Shown piece by piece: positions 8,744-17,944 of a DNA stretch of 64,000 nucleotides. The position numbers and the translations under genes are program-made. The notes under the pieces are model-generated. The model made no database searches. It saw nothing but the letters and a program-made list of their open reading frames with translations, and was not told the origin of the DNA. The stretch is taken from IMG/VR virus record IMGVR_UViG_3300010222_000002, positions 1 to 64,000 of that record. One strand, 5' to 3'. The stretch's first letter is position 1. The number at the start of each line of letters is the position of its first letter. Source of the stretch: a virus.

Positions 8744-9046
8744 TTAGTCGGTTCCGCGAACCACGTTTCCGTAGTTGAGTTTCTTTTCTTCCCTGTCGTC
8801 AGCGAATGACAGACGGAGAGTATCTACCATTGGCGGATCGTTGAATGATTCCACGTTCTCGAACGTTTCAAGAACCGTCTTTCCGCCGACAATCTCGTGT
8901 TCGACGTGGACGGTGAACGGCAAGTTTCACCAGTCGTGTGCTATCGGTTCCTGACGACAGGAGTAGAGAACTCCGTCGATAGTCAGGCTTAGTTTCGGCA
9001 CGATAGCTTCTCTGGTAACAGAGTCGATGTCAAATTGTGGTATCAT
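8744..9046 (-). pseudogene. 101-codon frame interrupted by a single in-frame TGA (39 codons + TGA + 60 codons)
   Basis: Codon-by-codon reading gives MIPQFDIDSVTREAIVPKLSLTIDGVLYSCRQEPIAHDW, TGA at 8927-8929, then NLPFTVHVEHEIVGGKTVLETFENVESFNDPPMVDTLRLSFADDREEKKLNYGNVVRGTD and TAA. The ATG is preceded directly by GAGACACAACC. Confidence 0.4.
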
Positions 9047-9064
9047 GGTTGTGTCTCACACGGG

Positions 9065-9409
9065 TCAGTTGTCCGGCGGTTCGGGCGACCCGACCCGCAT
9101 GATTGTCTCGTCGCCTACGAACTCTTTCGGCGTTACTGCTTTATCGTCTACATATTCATCAGCACCCCCTTTACCGCATTTCAGGCCGTGATAAGGGACT
9201 TCATGGATTGTAAGCCAACCTACTATTTTCGGAGCTTCGCGCCACTTCCGGGCAGTCCAGATGATGACCTGATGTCCGTTCCGGTAAGCGTTTTGAACGG
9301 CTTCGATTACCGGACTGTTCGGCTCTTGCTTGTGGGCTTCGCTCCACTCGTCGGTATCGGGATCGGTCAGCGTCTTGTCGAAGTCAACGGCAAGCAGTTC
9401 ACGTCCCAT
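9065..9409 (-). CDS. HAD-superfamily phosphatase-like protein
   Basis: LAVDFDKTLTD (DxDxT nucleophile motif), IIWTARK, and a C-terminal GGADEYVDDKA acidic motif. Confidence 0.65.
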   Translation of the reverse strand: MGRELLAVDFDKTLTDPDTDEWSEAHKQEPNSPVIEAVQNAYRNGHQVIIWTARKWREAPKIVGWLTIHEVPYHGLKCGKGGADEYVDDKAVTPKEFVGDETIMRVGSPEPPDN

Positions 9410-9807
9410 CAGTCAGTAACCTTGAACCCCGACTGTTCAGATTGGTTGACCAGCACAGAAACTTTGGAGCCATCGCCATCCTCGATGATAATCGGACTGT
9501 CCGAAATTGATGCACCACTATCGATTCTATACTCGATTGGGACTGCTATTTTTCCTTCGTTTCGCCATCGTGAACCGACCATCAACTCCCCGCAATCGAC
9601 ACAGTATTTCTCTTTCTGTCGGAGAGAGTCAAAGACGAGGAACCCTTCTTCAACTCTCGGAGATTCAACTTTTTCTACAGTTGAGTCTGTTTTTGACCAT
9701 TCAGTTTCGCTGTGGTCACATCTACTGTTGACTCTTTCTCCGTAAGTTGATTCTTTATCGACTAACGGTACCCCGCTTCGCCACGGGAGCCACTTATTCC
9801 AGTTCAT
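9409..9807 (-). CDS. hypothetical protein (132 aa)
   Basis: Track ORF trimmed to MNWNKWLPWRSG... (ATG 9805-9807); contains CVDCGE. Confidence 0.5.
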   Translation of the reverse strand: MNWNKWLPWRSGVPLVDKESTYGERVNSRCDHSETEWSKTDSTVEKVESPRVEEGFLVFDSLRQKEKYCVDCGELMVGSRWRNEGKIAVPIEYRIDSGASISDSPIIIEDGDGSKVSVLVNQSEQSGFKVTD

Positions 9808-10114
9808 TTTTGATTTCTCTCTTGGCTGTCTTTCGGTCTTTACCGCTCTGTTCGGCTTCGAGAAGGGCCTGCGCCTCTGCTCCAGAGTAGTCTTCAACGT
9901 GGACTTGCTCTTGAATCTCTCCGACTGTCAGCTTTTCTGGAGCGAACGGCGCGGCTGTCTCTTCTTCCCCACTCTCCCCCTTCTCGATGTCGATTCGCGT
10001 CAGAACACTGATGGTGTTATTGTTGACGCCCATGAAGGCGACAAATTCTCCATCAGGTTCTTCGAACGTTCTGCCGTGGTCATCGACTGTGCGTAGTGTT
10101 TCTTCTTTGAACAT
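9794..10114 (-). CDS. hypothetical protein (106 aa)
   Basis: Track ORF, acidic. Confidence 0.55.
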   Translation of the reverse strand: MFKEETLRTVDDHGRTFEEPDGEFVAFMGVNNNTISVLTRIDIEKGESGEEETAAPFAPEKLTVGEIQEQVHVEDYSGAEAQALLEAEQSGKDRKTAKREIKNELE

Positions 10115-10830
10115 CAGTTGAAGTAATCCTCGTATTCTCCGCTCCGCTCGCCGGTCATCTCTTCGTCACCGCGTTGAATCCGAAGATAGACCCCGTAGAG
10201 TGATTTTTTGACTTCTCTCAGCATCTCGCACTCGATGGAATCCGGGTTTCGTTTTTCTTCTTCGAGTAGCCGTTCATCGACGCACTGATAGAGAGATAAC
10301 GCACCGGATTTGATCTGTTCTATGTCTTCGTGAGTCGTGAGCAGATCCATCATTAGTGCGCTTACTGGAATCTTACCACTCGGTGCATCGATTCTGAGAC
10401 TTCTCGCTATCTCTTGTAGCTCCCTTTCTTCTACATCTTCGAAGTGTTCAGAGTTTAGAATATCCTCAGAGCTATCTGGTTCTTGAACGATTTCCAGAAC
10501 TTCCACATCGGTCTTCATGAACCGATTTCCTTCTTCTGAAAACGGAGTGAAATTCCCTTCTACCTTCACGAGACTACCAGAACCGTGGATGATTTCGGTA
10601 GTGATCTTTTCCATCTTACCGGACAGTTGTTTCTCGAAGTTGCGCCCGGTTTCAGGAGTTGGATCTGCGACAATCTCCATCACGTTCATACCGCACAGTT
10701 GCTCCGGTTCGTAGCCGAAAACTGAGTTAGAGTCACCCGATACTTCTACGAATTGGCCGCCTTCATTAACGACTGTTGTGCAACTCTTTCCTACGACATT
10801 GCCATCAACCGCTTTTAGTTTAGATTCCAT
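10114..10830 (-). CDS. PAS-domain-like protein (238 aa)
   Basis: SNSVFGYEPEQLCGMNVMEIV...IIHGSGSLVKVEGNFTPF matches the usual PAS core pattern. The C-terminal half is helical and acidic. Confidence 0.5.
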   Translation of the reverse strand: MESKLKAVDGNVVGKSCTTVVNEGGQFVEVSGDSNSVFGYEPEQLCGMNVMEIVADPTPETGRNFEKQLSGKMEKITTEIIHGSGSLVKVEGNFTPFSEEGNRFMKTDVEVLEIVQEPDSSEDILNSEHFEDVEERELQEIARSLRIDAPSGKIPVSALMMDLLTTHEDIEQIKSGALSLYQCVDERLLEEEKRNPDSIECEMLREVKKSLYGVYLRIQRGDEEMTGERSGEYEDYFN

Positions 10831-10846
10831 TGTATAGTTTTAGGTT

Positions 10847-11179
10847 TCAGCTTTCGATGCGGCCCGCAGATTTTGCATCAATCACGACTTGTTGCAGATG
10901 TTGACCATCTTTCCCACTACAGATTATCCCACAGATGGGACAAACGGGTTCCTCATCAGCAGTATATCGTGCCGGGACGTTACATTCGGGGCACTTTACT
11001 ACGGAATGGTTTACATTTTTTAGGACTACGTTACCTTTTGAAGTGCTTACTGTTACCGGGATTCCGTGTTTAAGCTTTTCGCCAGTCCACGGGTCGAACC
11101 CTCGGTAGAACACGTGTGGATCGTCATCTACTGATGTTTTTTCGACTCGTTTCCCTTCCCGAGAGTGACTTTCCGGCAT
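10847..11179 (-). CDS. zinc-ribbon protein (110 aa)
   Basis: VKCPECNVPARYTADEEPVCPICG. Confidence 0.55.
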   Translation of the reverse strand: MPESHSREGKRVEKTSVDDDPHVFYRGFDPWTGEKLKHGIPVTVSTSKGNVVLKNVNHSVVKCPECNVPARYTADEEPVCPICGIICSGKDGQHLQQVVIDAKSAGRIES

Positions 11180-11247
11180 TGATAAATTAACGACCGACTA
11201 TACATACCTAACCAACGGGTAGGACTTAAATTCTTCGACTTCGAGTC

Positions 11248-12555
11248 TTATGATTGTTGAAAGTCAGTAGATTCTTCTTGATCGAAATTAACCGGATACA
11301 TCCACGTCATCGCTCGTTCGTCGCTGACGCCGTGAACCGTCGCGGCAGGTTCGGACCACTCGGCCAGCGACTCTTCGAAGTCAGACGGCGGGACGATAGC
11401 TCCCGACATAAGCACCGGGTTCGAGACGATGTTCTCAATGCGGAATTCGTGATAGTGGCCCCGATAAGCGATGTCGAAATTGTGCTGGTGAAGCCACTGA
11501 AGCCATCGTTTCTTCCCTGCCGACGTGCCGATGTGAATGAGACTATGCTGGCCGTGACGAAGGTGAGCGCGATGCTCACAGTCATTCAAGGTTTCTCCCC
11601 GGAGTGGGAAGTTGGTAAAGTTACCACCATCCGACCTAACGAATTTCACGTTGTCGTATCCTCGATCTCGGACACGCCGATCCAGCGTCATAAAGAACGC
11701 CGTGTCAACGTTATCGTCAGGCCCCATTCCGTCACCGCGAAGCTCACCGTGGTTCCCTTTCTGACACACGATCTGAACCGACTCGAATTCCGTCGAAGCT
11801 CGGTCGATGAACTCCATGTAGATGTCCGAAGCGACAGTCAGTTGCTCCGGCAGGGAAAGTTCTGTTTCCCACGGCTGATCGTCATGGATACCGATGCCGT
11901 GAAGGTGATCTCCCCCCATTACAATATGGAGCGTGTCGAATTCCACGCCAGCTTCTTCCTGTCGTTTCTTTAGCGAGAAGACTTTATCAGAGACGTTCCT
12001 GACGCGCTTGATACCGATTTCAGCACTGAAGGTATCGTTTCCGAACTCGTCAGTGTAGTTTGCTCCGATGTGGTCGTCGGAACGGTGGACGACCATATCT
12101 TCGTGGCTCTCTCGAACCGAAAGTCCATCCTCGGGAACGGCGGGAGCGCGACCGTTCAGATCGCGGTCGAGATACTGGATTAGCTCGTGGACTTTCTTTT
12201 TTGCATCCCGAGTGACCGATGCTTTGGATCGAAGCTCTCCTGTTGGTTCGTCGGGGTTGATCGGGTACTCGTTGGCGTCAGGCCGGTAGTAGAAGACCTT
12301 TGCGCCATCTTCTTCACGTTCACCGAGTGGGATTCCATCAACGTTCTGCAAATTGTTGATGTGATCCCGAGCGGTGGAACGACTGATTCCGAGTGAATCA
12401 GAAATCTTGCCGTAACTGGCTCCACCGTTCTGGAGAAGCGTGAATACTTGCTGGCGTTTCTGCGAGTTGATAGTGTGTTGTTTTGTCAAGTGAAATTTGG
12501 TCCCGTGAGGGATGACTACTTCTGGATGTCTTCGTTCCGATTGTAGACCGCGCAA
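11248..12555 (-). CDS. winged-HTH + calcineurin-like metallophosphoesterase (Mre11/SbcD-like fold)
   Basis: The HTH is GASYGKISDSLGISRSTARDHINNL. Phosphoesterase motifs are DDHIG, GGDHLHG, GNHG and GHYHEF. The start is uncertain: the ATG at 12555 overlaps the primase gene by 40 nt and gives a basic N-terminus, and a TTG at 12487-12489 is an alternative. Confidence 0.7.
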   Translation of the reverse strand: MRGLQSERRHPEVVIPHGTKFHLTKQHTINSQKRQQVFTLLQNGGASYGKISDSLGISRSTARDHINNLQNVDGIPLGEREEDGAKVFYYRPDANEYPINPDEPTGELRSKASVTRDAKKKVHELIQYLDRDLNGRAPAVPEDGLSVRESHEDMVVHRSDDHIGANYTDEFGNDTFSAEIGIKRVRNVSDKVFSLKKRQEEAGVEFDTLHIVMGGDHLHGIGIHDDQPWETELSLPEQLTVASDIYMEFIDRASTEFESVQIVCQKGNHGELRGDGMGPDDNVDTAFFMTLDRRVRDRGYDNVKFVRSDGGNFTNFPLRGETLNDCEHRAHLRHGQHSLIHIGTSAGKKRWLQWLHQHNFDIAYRGHYHEFRIENIVSNPVLMSGAIVPPSDFEESLAEWSEPAATVHGVSDERAMTWMYPVNFDQEESTDFQQS

Positions 12556-13721
12556 TCGGAGCCGAGACAGAACACTGATGCTCTCTCGGCTATCTCCTTA
12601 CAGTTGAATTCACTGTACTCCCGTCCGATGATTTCGTCTAACTGTTCGTTAGTAACCTCCTCCCGATAGCCCGGAATCTCTCTGAAGAATTCGTGGATTA
12701 CATCTCGTGGAACACCGATCTCAACGAGCCGACTGAGTATCGACATTTCCATAACGTGAGATGCGTTCCCGAATTCAAAGGCATCATCACTATTTCTGAA
12801 CTCCTCGATACACGGTTTATTCGAAGTTATGAACGGAATGTCTTCGAGTTCGATGTCATCATTCGCCCGTTCTTCGTACTGTTCGACAGCCGTAGGGTCA
12901 AATGTGGAACTGCGGTTATAGCTTTGATTTTTGTTGCTCTTTGCGCTCCTGATTGCCTGTACGACCTTATCACCGGCAGTGGTCGAAGGGACTCGTCGGT
13001 AGCCATCCTGCCATCGAGGTGCCCGAGTCAGGGAGTCGTATTCATCGACGCCAAGATCGGCCATCTCTTCCACGGTGATCTGCACACACCAACGTGTTCT
13101 ATCGTCGTAGGATGCTCCGTGGTGAATGGTGTTCGGATGGCGGGCCAGCCGTCCGAGATCAGAGGCATCAACGTCAACCCACCGGTCGATGCTGACACCG
13201 CCTGCTGTCTCGTTCAGCCACGCCATCACCCGTTTGCCGTAGGACTTCAGCCCGTTCTTGAATTGATGGAACGAACCGTTGTTCGTTGAAATCGATGGGA
13301 AATCAAGATATAGATGAAGACCCTTGTGACCGGAAAGCACGACGCGGAAGTGGTCTCCCTGTCCGGCTTCGAGAATGGCCGCCGCGATCATCCTCGACCG
13401 TGCCAACAATGCGCTCATCTCACGACGCCACGCATCGTAGTCGCCTTTGCCTTCGTCCGGTTGGTATTGGTTGCCCTCTACGTCCAAGTCGATGAAGATG
13501 CAGTCTACCTTCGGAATGTTACCGTCCCGGCTGTGGCCTCTCGGGAACGAATAGACTGAGTAGTAGCCGGGCATCTCACCGTGGATTGCTGTGTTCAATG
13601 CGTCACAGAATTCAGCCCGGTTGTTTCGATACGCCTGAAATTTCTCACTACTGGATGACTGTCGGGGATAGTCAGGAGCGAAGACGCCGCTCGCTTGCCA
13701 CAGCGCCTTCTCGGGATTCAT
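12516..13721 (-). CDS. archaeo-eukaryotic primase (AEP) with C-terminal 4-Cys domain
   Basis: Motif I is IFIDLDVE (DxD), motif II is LSGHKGLHLYL, and then ARHPNTIHHG follows. The C-terminal region PCIEEF...FNCKEI...FCLGSDC carries four cysteines. Confidence 0.8.
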   Translation of the reverse strand: MNPEKALWQASGVFAPDYPRQSSSSEKFQAYRNNRAEFCDALNTAIHGEMPGYYSVYSFPRGHSRDGNIPKVDCIFIDLDVEGNQYQPDEGKGDYDAWRREMSALLARSRMIAAAILEAGQGDHFRVVLSGHKGLHLYLDFPSISTNNGSFHQFKNGLKSYGKRVMAWLNETAGGVSIDRWVDVDASDLGRLARHPNTIHHGASYDDRTRWCVQITVEEMADLGVDEYDSLTRAPRWQDGYRRVPSTTAGDKVVQAIRSAKSNKNQSYNRSSTFDPTAVEQYEERANDDIELEDIPFITSNKPCIEEFRNSDDAFEFGNASHVMEMSILSRLVEIGVPRDVIHEFFREIPGYREEVTNEQLDEIIGREYSEFNCKEIAERASVFCLGSDCAVYNRNEDIQK

Positions 13722-13870
13722 TCGATCTTCTCCCCACAGCGAATACAGTCACCTCCGATCACTTCGACCTCCGCATCACAGCGTGGGCAGTAGGGCGTGT
13801 CGTCCATCGGGTCGTCTTGTGCCACTTCTCCCGGTGCCAGTGTGTTGCTGGCGTCGTATGGATCAGTCAT
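13718..13870 (-). CDS. small zinc-ribbon protein (50 aa)
   Basis: Hand-translated MTDPYDASNTLAPGEVAQDDPMDDTPYCPRCDAEVEVIGGDCIRCGEKIE; ATGA overlap with the primase start. Confidence 0.45.
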   Translation of the reverse strand: MTDPYDASNTLAPGEVAQDDPMDDTPYCPRCDAEVEVIGGDCIRCGEKIE

Positions 13871-15288
13871 TATTCGAGAGTCCCCTGTTGGAACACGGTT
13901 TCTTCCTTCTCTTCCTGTTCCTCGACTTTCTCTTCCAACTCGTTCGCCTCTTCTTCGGTGAGGTTCACGGTGTGGCCCTCGAACGGATGGGTCACGAGCA
14001 AGCCCTCGCCTTCGAGGAACTGCTGTTCGTAATCCATCGCAACCGGCTTCGGATAGTGTTCGTGAACCAACTCTCGCGTGTCTTCGATGATCGTGGGCCA
14101 GTCGAGGTTTACTTCTCGGCTGACCTGATTAGCAAATTCCGAAGCCGCCCACTCGTGGGGGGTCACGGTCTTGTCGGGTCGGACGTACCCCTTCGTCTTC
14201 ATGCTCTTTAGCGCCGACCGAACGTCACTGTTGGTGATGTTCCAGCCTTGGCCGCGCATCTTGGACTGGAGCGTTCCAACGTCGTACTGCTTCCCGAAGT
14301 TGGTCCGAAGAACCTCCAGTAGCTCGAAGTCCTTATCCTGAAGGTTCAGCGCCGACAGGACCATCTTCTCACCGAAGACACGCATCCCAAGCCACGCATC
14401 TGCTGGTGTAACCAGTAGCGTCACGTCGTTGGTAATGCGATTATTACCGTTCCAGAGTTTTTGTGGAACCTCGATCCGGTCGTCGTAGTGGAAGAGCGTG
14501 ACACTCTTCATAAAGTCCGAAAGCCTCGGGAAGTCGCGCCGGGCTTCGGTAAAGTGCTGAGGGAGCGGGTTCTGGTCATCCAGTGCAGGCATCACCGGAT
14601 TAAGGAAACCGCCGGGAGAGTCGTCACCGTAAGCGTGCATCGGGATCGTTGAGACGTACTCCCGAATTTCTTGGGTCCGTTCCTCGTCTATGTTGTACTC
14701 GATAATTCCGGCTTCCTGCTTTGCCTGCCGGGTGTTGACCCGCTCGGTCAATCCGGCGGAGTCATCAATCCCAAGAACGAGCGCCCGGTTTCGGACTTCG
14801 GCGTAGTCATTGATGTCCACCTGCTCATTGTCCGAAGCGAGGAACAGGATCAGACAGTTCGGTGGCATCAACGTTTGTGTCACTGTTTGTCGCTCGCCGC
14901 CGGTCACGTCGTTGTAGGAGTGGCTGATGGGATTGCCGTCGCCGTGACGCTTCCAGATGTCTTCGAGCCAGTCCTTCCCGGCGATGTTGCTGATGTCTTT
15001 GTGCCGGTGGACCGGACAAGAGTTGATCTGATCGGCTTCTTCGTACAGCACGGTTTCGCTCATCGACGTGGGAATCTGGTAGACCCAGTTATCGGGAACG
15101 CAATACTCAGCGGCGTTCACAACTGCGTCTTTTCCGCCGGACGAGAGGCCCGTCATCACGACGAAGCCACCGCCCATAAAGGAGAGAAAGACCACGAGGT
15201 GTGTGTCTCCTTCCCCAGCGAGGCCAAAGTCTTCTCGTAGTTGACTTACTTCATACAGCGTCGGACTCTCGTAGTCGTTAATGGTCAT
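13870..15288 (-). CDS. P-loop NTPase (putative replication ATPase/helicase-like)
   Basis: Walker A-like MTGLSSGGKDAV and Walker B-like CLILFLASDNE. It lies between the primase and a homing endonuclease. Its specific role was not established. Confidence 0.55.
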   Translation of the reverse strand: MTINDYESPTLYEVSQLREDFGLAGEGDTHLVVFLSFMGGGFVVMTGLSSGGKDAVVNAAEYCVPDNWVYQIPTSMSETVLYEEADQINSCPVHRHKDISNIAGKDWLEDIWKRHGDGNPISHSYNDVTGGERQTVTQTLMPPNCLILFLASDNEQVDINDYAEVRNRALVLGIDDSAGLTERVNTRQAKQEAGIIEYNIDEERTQEIREYVSTIPMHAYGDDSPGGFLNPVMPALDDQNPLPQHFTEARRDFPRLSDFMKSVTLFHYDDRIEVPQKLWNGNNRITNDVTLLVTPADAWLGMRVFGEKMVLSALNLQDKDFELLEVLRTNFGKQYDVGTLQSKMRGQGWNITNSDVRSALKSMKTKGYVRPDKTVTPHEWAASEFANQVSREVNLDWPTIIEDTRELVHEHYPKPVAMDYEQQFLEGEGLLVTHPFEGHTVNLTEEEANELEEKVEEQEEKEETVFQQGTLE

Positions 15289-16096
15289 TGTAGGTTGTGT
15301 CGGTTGGGATTTTTCGTTCTAATGCCGGTTCGGTGTCTGGCCCATCGGGGTAGAGCCAACTCCATAGCTTTTCGACTCCATGCTTCTGTCGGACGTAGAT
15401 ATACTGTTTTTCGTCTGTTTCAGTAACGTAACCGCCCGAGGGGAGCCACGAAAGTACCTTCTCAAACCGCTCTTTGTTTACACCTGTAATTTGGAAGGTA
15501 TCATAAGAAGCAAGATGACCGTCTCCGTCATACAGACCACGAACGAACGCGGCCCGAAGTCTGTCTGATTCTAACTCAGGAAGGGCGGGGGAGAACGTCT
15601 TGTCTCTGTCACAACCACAGTCCCGAAGGTCGTCAGCCATCTTTTCGCTGGTAATTGTAATGTCATGCGTGCCGTCTTTCTGCTCCTTAACTCCGTATTC
15701 CGCATCGACTGCTTTCTTGAACGCAACGACGTGTTCCCGGTCAATCAGACAGAGTGATACTATGTGAGAGTTAGAATTTCCACGGACGTAGACTGCCCCA
15801 TCAGCGTACAGCATACCGAGCCAGTACGCTTTTTCGGTATTGTCTATCTCGGAGAAGTAGGACTCATTGACAGGCAACTTTCCGTTTTTCCGTTTGTCAT
15901 CTACCCCCGCAAGCCGCTTTGCTCGCGTCCACGTTCCGAAGTGGTTTTCGAGCGTACTGGTAGAGGGGCCGTCCATCTCACCAAATTCGTCATAAGTTGG
16001 CGGTCTTCCAAGCTTTTCGGTTGCGTTACGAATTGACTGAAGTCTTTCTTCGTCATCATATCCGTAACAGTAGTCTGTTTTTCTTTCGTATGCCAT
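15278..16096 (-). CDS. free-standing LAGLIDADG homing endonuclease (two motifs) with N-terminal helical repeat
   Basis: AYWLGMLYADGAV and FVRGLYDGDGHL. The N-terminal GRPPTYDEF...STLENHFGTWTRAKRLAG repeat also occurs on the HNH protein. The start is set at ATG 16094-16096; the track's GTG start is part of the GTGACACAACC box. Confidence 0.8.
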   Translation of the reverse strand: MAYERKTDYCYGYDDEERLQSIRNATEKLGRPPTYDEFGEMDGPSTSTLENHFGTWTRAKRLAGVDDKRKNGKLPVNESYFSEIDNTEKAYWLGMLYADGAVYVRGNSNSHIVSLCLIDREHVVAFKKAVDAEYGVKEQKDGTHDITITSEKMADDLRDCGCDRDKTFSPALPELESDRLRAAFVRGLYDGDGHLASYDTFQITGVNKERFEKVLSWLPSGGYVTETDEKQYIYVRQKHGVEKLWSWLYPDGPDTEPALERKIPTDTTYNDH

Positions 16097-16216
16097 TGGT
16101 TGTGTCACGCCACTTCACGGGCTGACGCCGGGTCCGTTCCGGGGAGGGAACAGACCCAAAGGCGGCCCGCGAAGCGGAAGAAGGTAGTTAGTTTCCGCGC
16201 TGTTCAGCCTACTACG

Positions 16217-16453
16217 TCAGTCGTCGGCGAAGTCTTCTTTCCGAATATATTCCTCGTGACGACGCATCGCCGCTTCTTCAGCGGCGGCCATCACATCGTC
16301 CTGCCGCGCTTCCAGCCACTCTTCGTAGTCTACGTCGTCGGGGACAGAATGTGTCTCCGAGACGTAGGCTTCGACAGGCTCATACTGTGATAGCTGAACC
16401 TTTCTACTGGCCGAGACTGTCACCTCTTCGAGGGTGTCCGTACGGTCAGTCAT
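16217..16453 (-). CDS. hypothetical acidic protein (78 aa)
   Basis: Track ORF trimmed to MTDRTDTLEE... (ATGA overlap with the upstream stop). Confidence 0.5.
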   Translation of the reverse strand: MTDRTDTLEEVTVSASRKVQLSQYEPVEAYVSETHSVPDDVDYEEWLEARQDDVMAAAEEAAMRRHEEYIRKEDFADD

Positions 16454-16674
16454 CGTTCTTCCTCTGGAACCCAATCTGTCTCTGGCACCTGTGTCAGACG
16501 GTACTCGTCAGACGCTTCCAACGCACATACCGCCGCGTTGAGTAGCGACCGTCGCTTTTCCTCACGGGAGACTTCGCCCATGTTCAGGACGAGACGACCT
16601 CTGTCATCGAACTCTGCGAAGCCGGGGTGGTTCTCGATTACGGCATCTTCTTCGTCGTCGTAGAACAGGGTCAT
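16450..16674 (-). CDS. hypothetical protein (74 aa)
   Basis: Track ORF. Confidence 0.5.
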   Translation of the reverse strand: MTLFYDDEEDAVIENHPGFAEFDDRGRLVLNMGEVSREEKRRSLLNAAVCALEASDEYRLTQVPETDWVPEEER

Positions 16675-16677
16675 CGT

Positions 16678-17814
16678 CTACTCAGCCCGCTGGTTGGCCT
16701 CGTTCGCGGCGGCCTCCCAGTCGATGTCGTCCGGGTTCTCGACTTCATCAGCGGCGAAGTCCTGAATATCGTCACCGGTCGGATCATCGAAGTTGCGAGC
16801 GGCGTAGTCGATCAGGTCTTCGAGCTTGTCCGGTACGTTCTCGGGAAGGGCGGAGCCGCCACTGTTGTCGGGTGAGTCCGTAGTCTCGGTGGACTCCGTG
16901 GACTCGGTGTCCGTGTCAGTGGAACCGGACTCGGCGACAGTCCCACCATCAGTGGCCGCCGCTTCCTGCTGTGAGTCGTCACCCTGCGACTCTCCGATCT
17001 CGTTGTCGATGTTGACGAATTCCCCAGTCTTCACGTCCATGAGGTTCGGGGTAGTGTAGGTCTGCGTCTCACCATCCTCGAAGGTGTTCGTCTCCTCAGT
17101 GACCCACAGTTCGAGGGTACGGCCCTCCAGTTCGGAGCGCAGGTCCGGGTCGTGGGTCGTCATCCACTCGTGGCTGTTGTACTTCGGGTTGTCGTCTTCT
17201 TCGCCACGCGGCGTCGGGTCCATGCCGTTGTCGTCCACAATGGCGTCACCCTCTGCCGACATCTTCTTGGCGAAGGTACGGACCCACGCACTATTCGAGA
17301 GGAGCGTCGAGGCGTCACCAACCTCGATGGTCGGTTCTTCCGTCGTCTCCACGTCAGCGTCCTCGTGGACCGCTATATCGCCCGCTTCCTCGATGACCAC
17401 ACCGACCGGCTGGAAGTAGTACGTACTACTCCCACCAGTAGTAGAGTGACCGACGACGCGTGGGTGTTCGAGAATATCCTGTGCAGACATCTCGTCACTG
17501 TACTCGCCGGTTTCCTCGTCGTAGTTCTCGTAGACGAGGCCATCTTCCGGGTTCAGGTTGAACCAGTGGTCAGCCGAGTAGACGGACCACTTGTTCGGGG
17601 CGTCGTCTCGCTGGAGAACCACGCCGTCGAGGACTTCCGCATCGGTGTAGTTTGTGATGAAACTCGCACCGAACTGCTGGTGGAGGTTCCCGTTCGCTTT
17701 CTTTGGAGTGAACCGGACGGTCGAGTATCGCTTGATGTTCAGTCGAACGTCGTCGTAGTCGCCGTTGTTCGAACCGCCGTTACTACCGCCGTTACTTCCG
17801 TTGTATCGAGACAT
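16678..17814 (-). CDS. hypothetical acidic protein (378 aa); possible ssDNA-binding role is speculative
   Basis: Gly/Asn/Ser-rich N-terminus and a long acidic S/T/D/E tail. It has its own AAGACTC motif and a 70-nt leader ending GTGACACAACC-TAACA-ATG. Confidence 0.6.
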   Translation of the reverse strand: MSRYNGSNGGSNGGSNNGDYDDVRLNIKRYSTVRFTPKKANGNLHQQFGASFITNYTDAEVLDGVVLQRDDAPNKWSVYSADHWFNLNPEDGLVYENYDEETGEYSDEMSAQDILEHPRVVGHSTTGGSSTYYFQPVGVVIEEAGDIAVHEDADVETTEEPTIEVGDASTLLSNSAWVRTFAKKMSAEGDAIVDDNGMDPTPRGEEDDNPKYNSHEWMTTHDPDLRSELEGRTLELWVTEETNTFEDGETQTYTTPNLMDVKTGEFVNIDNEIGESQGDDSQQEAAATDGGTVAESGSTDTDTESTESTETTDSPDNSGGSALPENVPDKLEDLIDYAARNFDDPTGDDIQDFAADEVENPDDIDWEAAANEANQRAE

Positions 17815-17944
17815 TGTTAGGTTGTGTCACGTCTCCGCATCGCCACTTTCGGTGCTGACGTGCTACACCTAAAGTGTTGAGGCGTGCCGCCTTGAGTCTT
17901 ATGGTATGACTCGAAGCAGGCAACTTCTACTCTTCACCTCAAGT

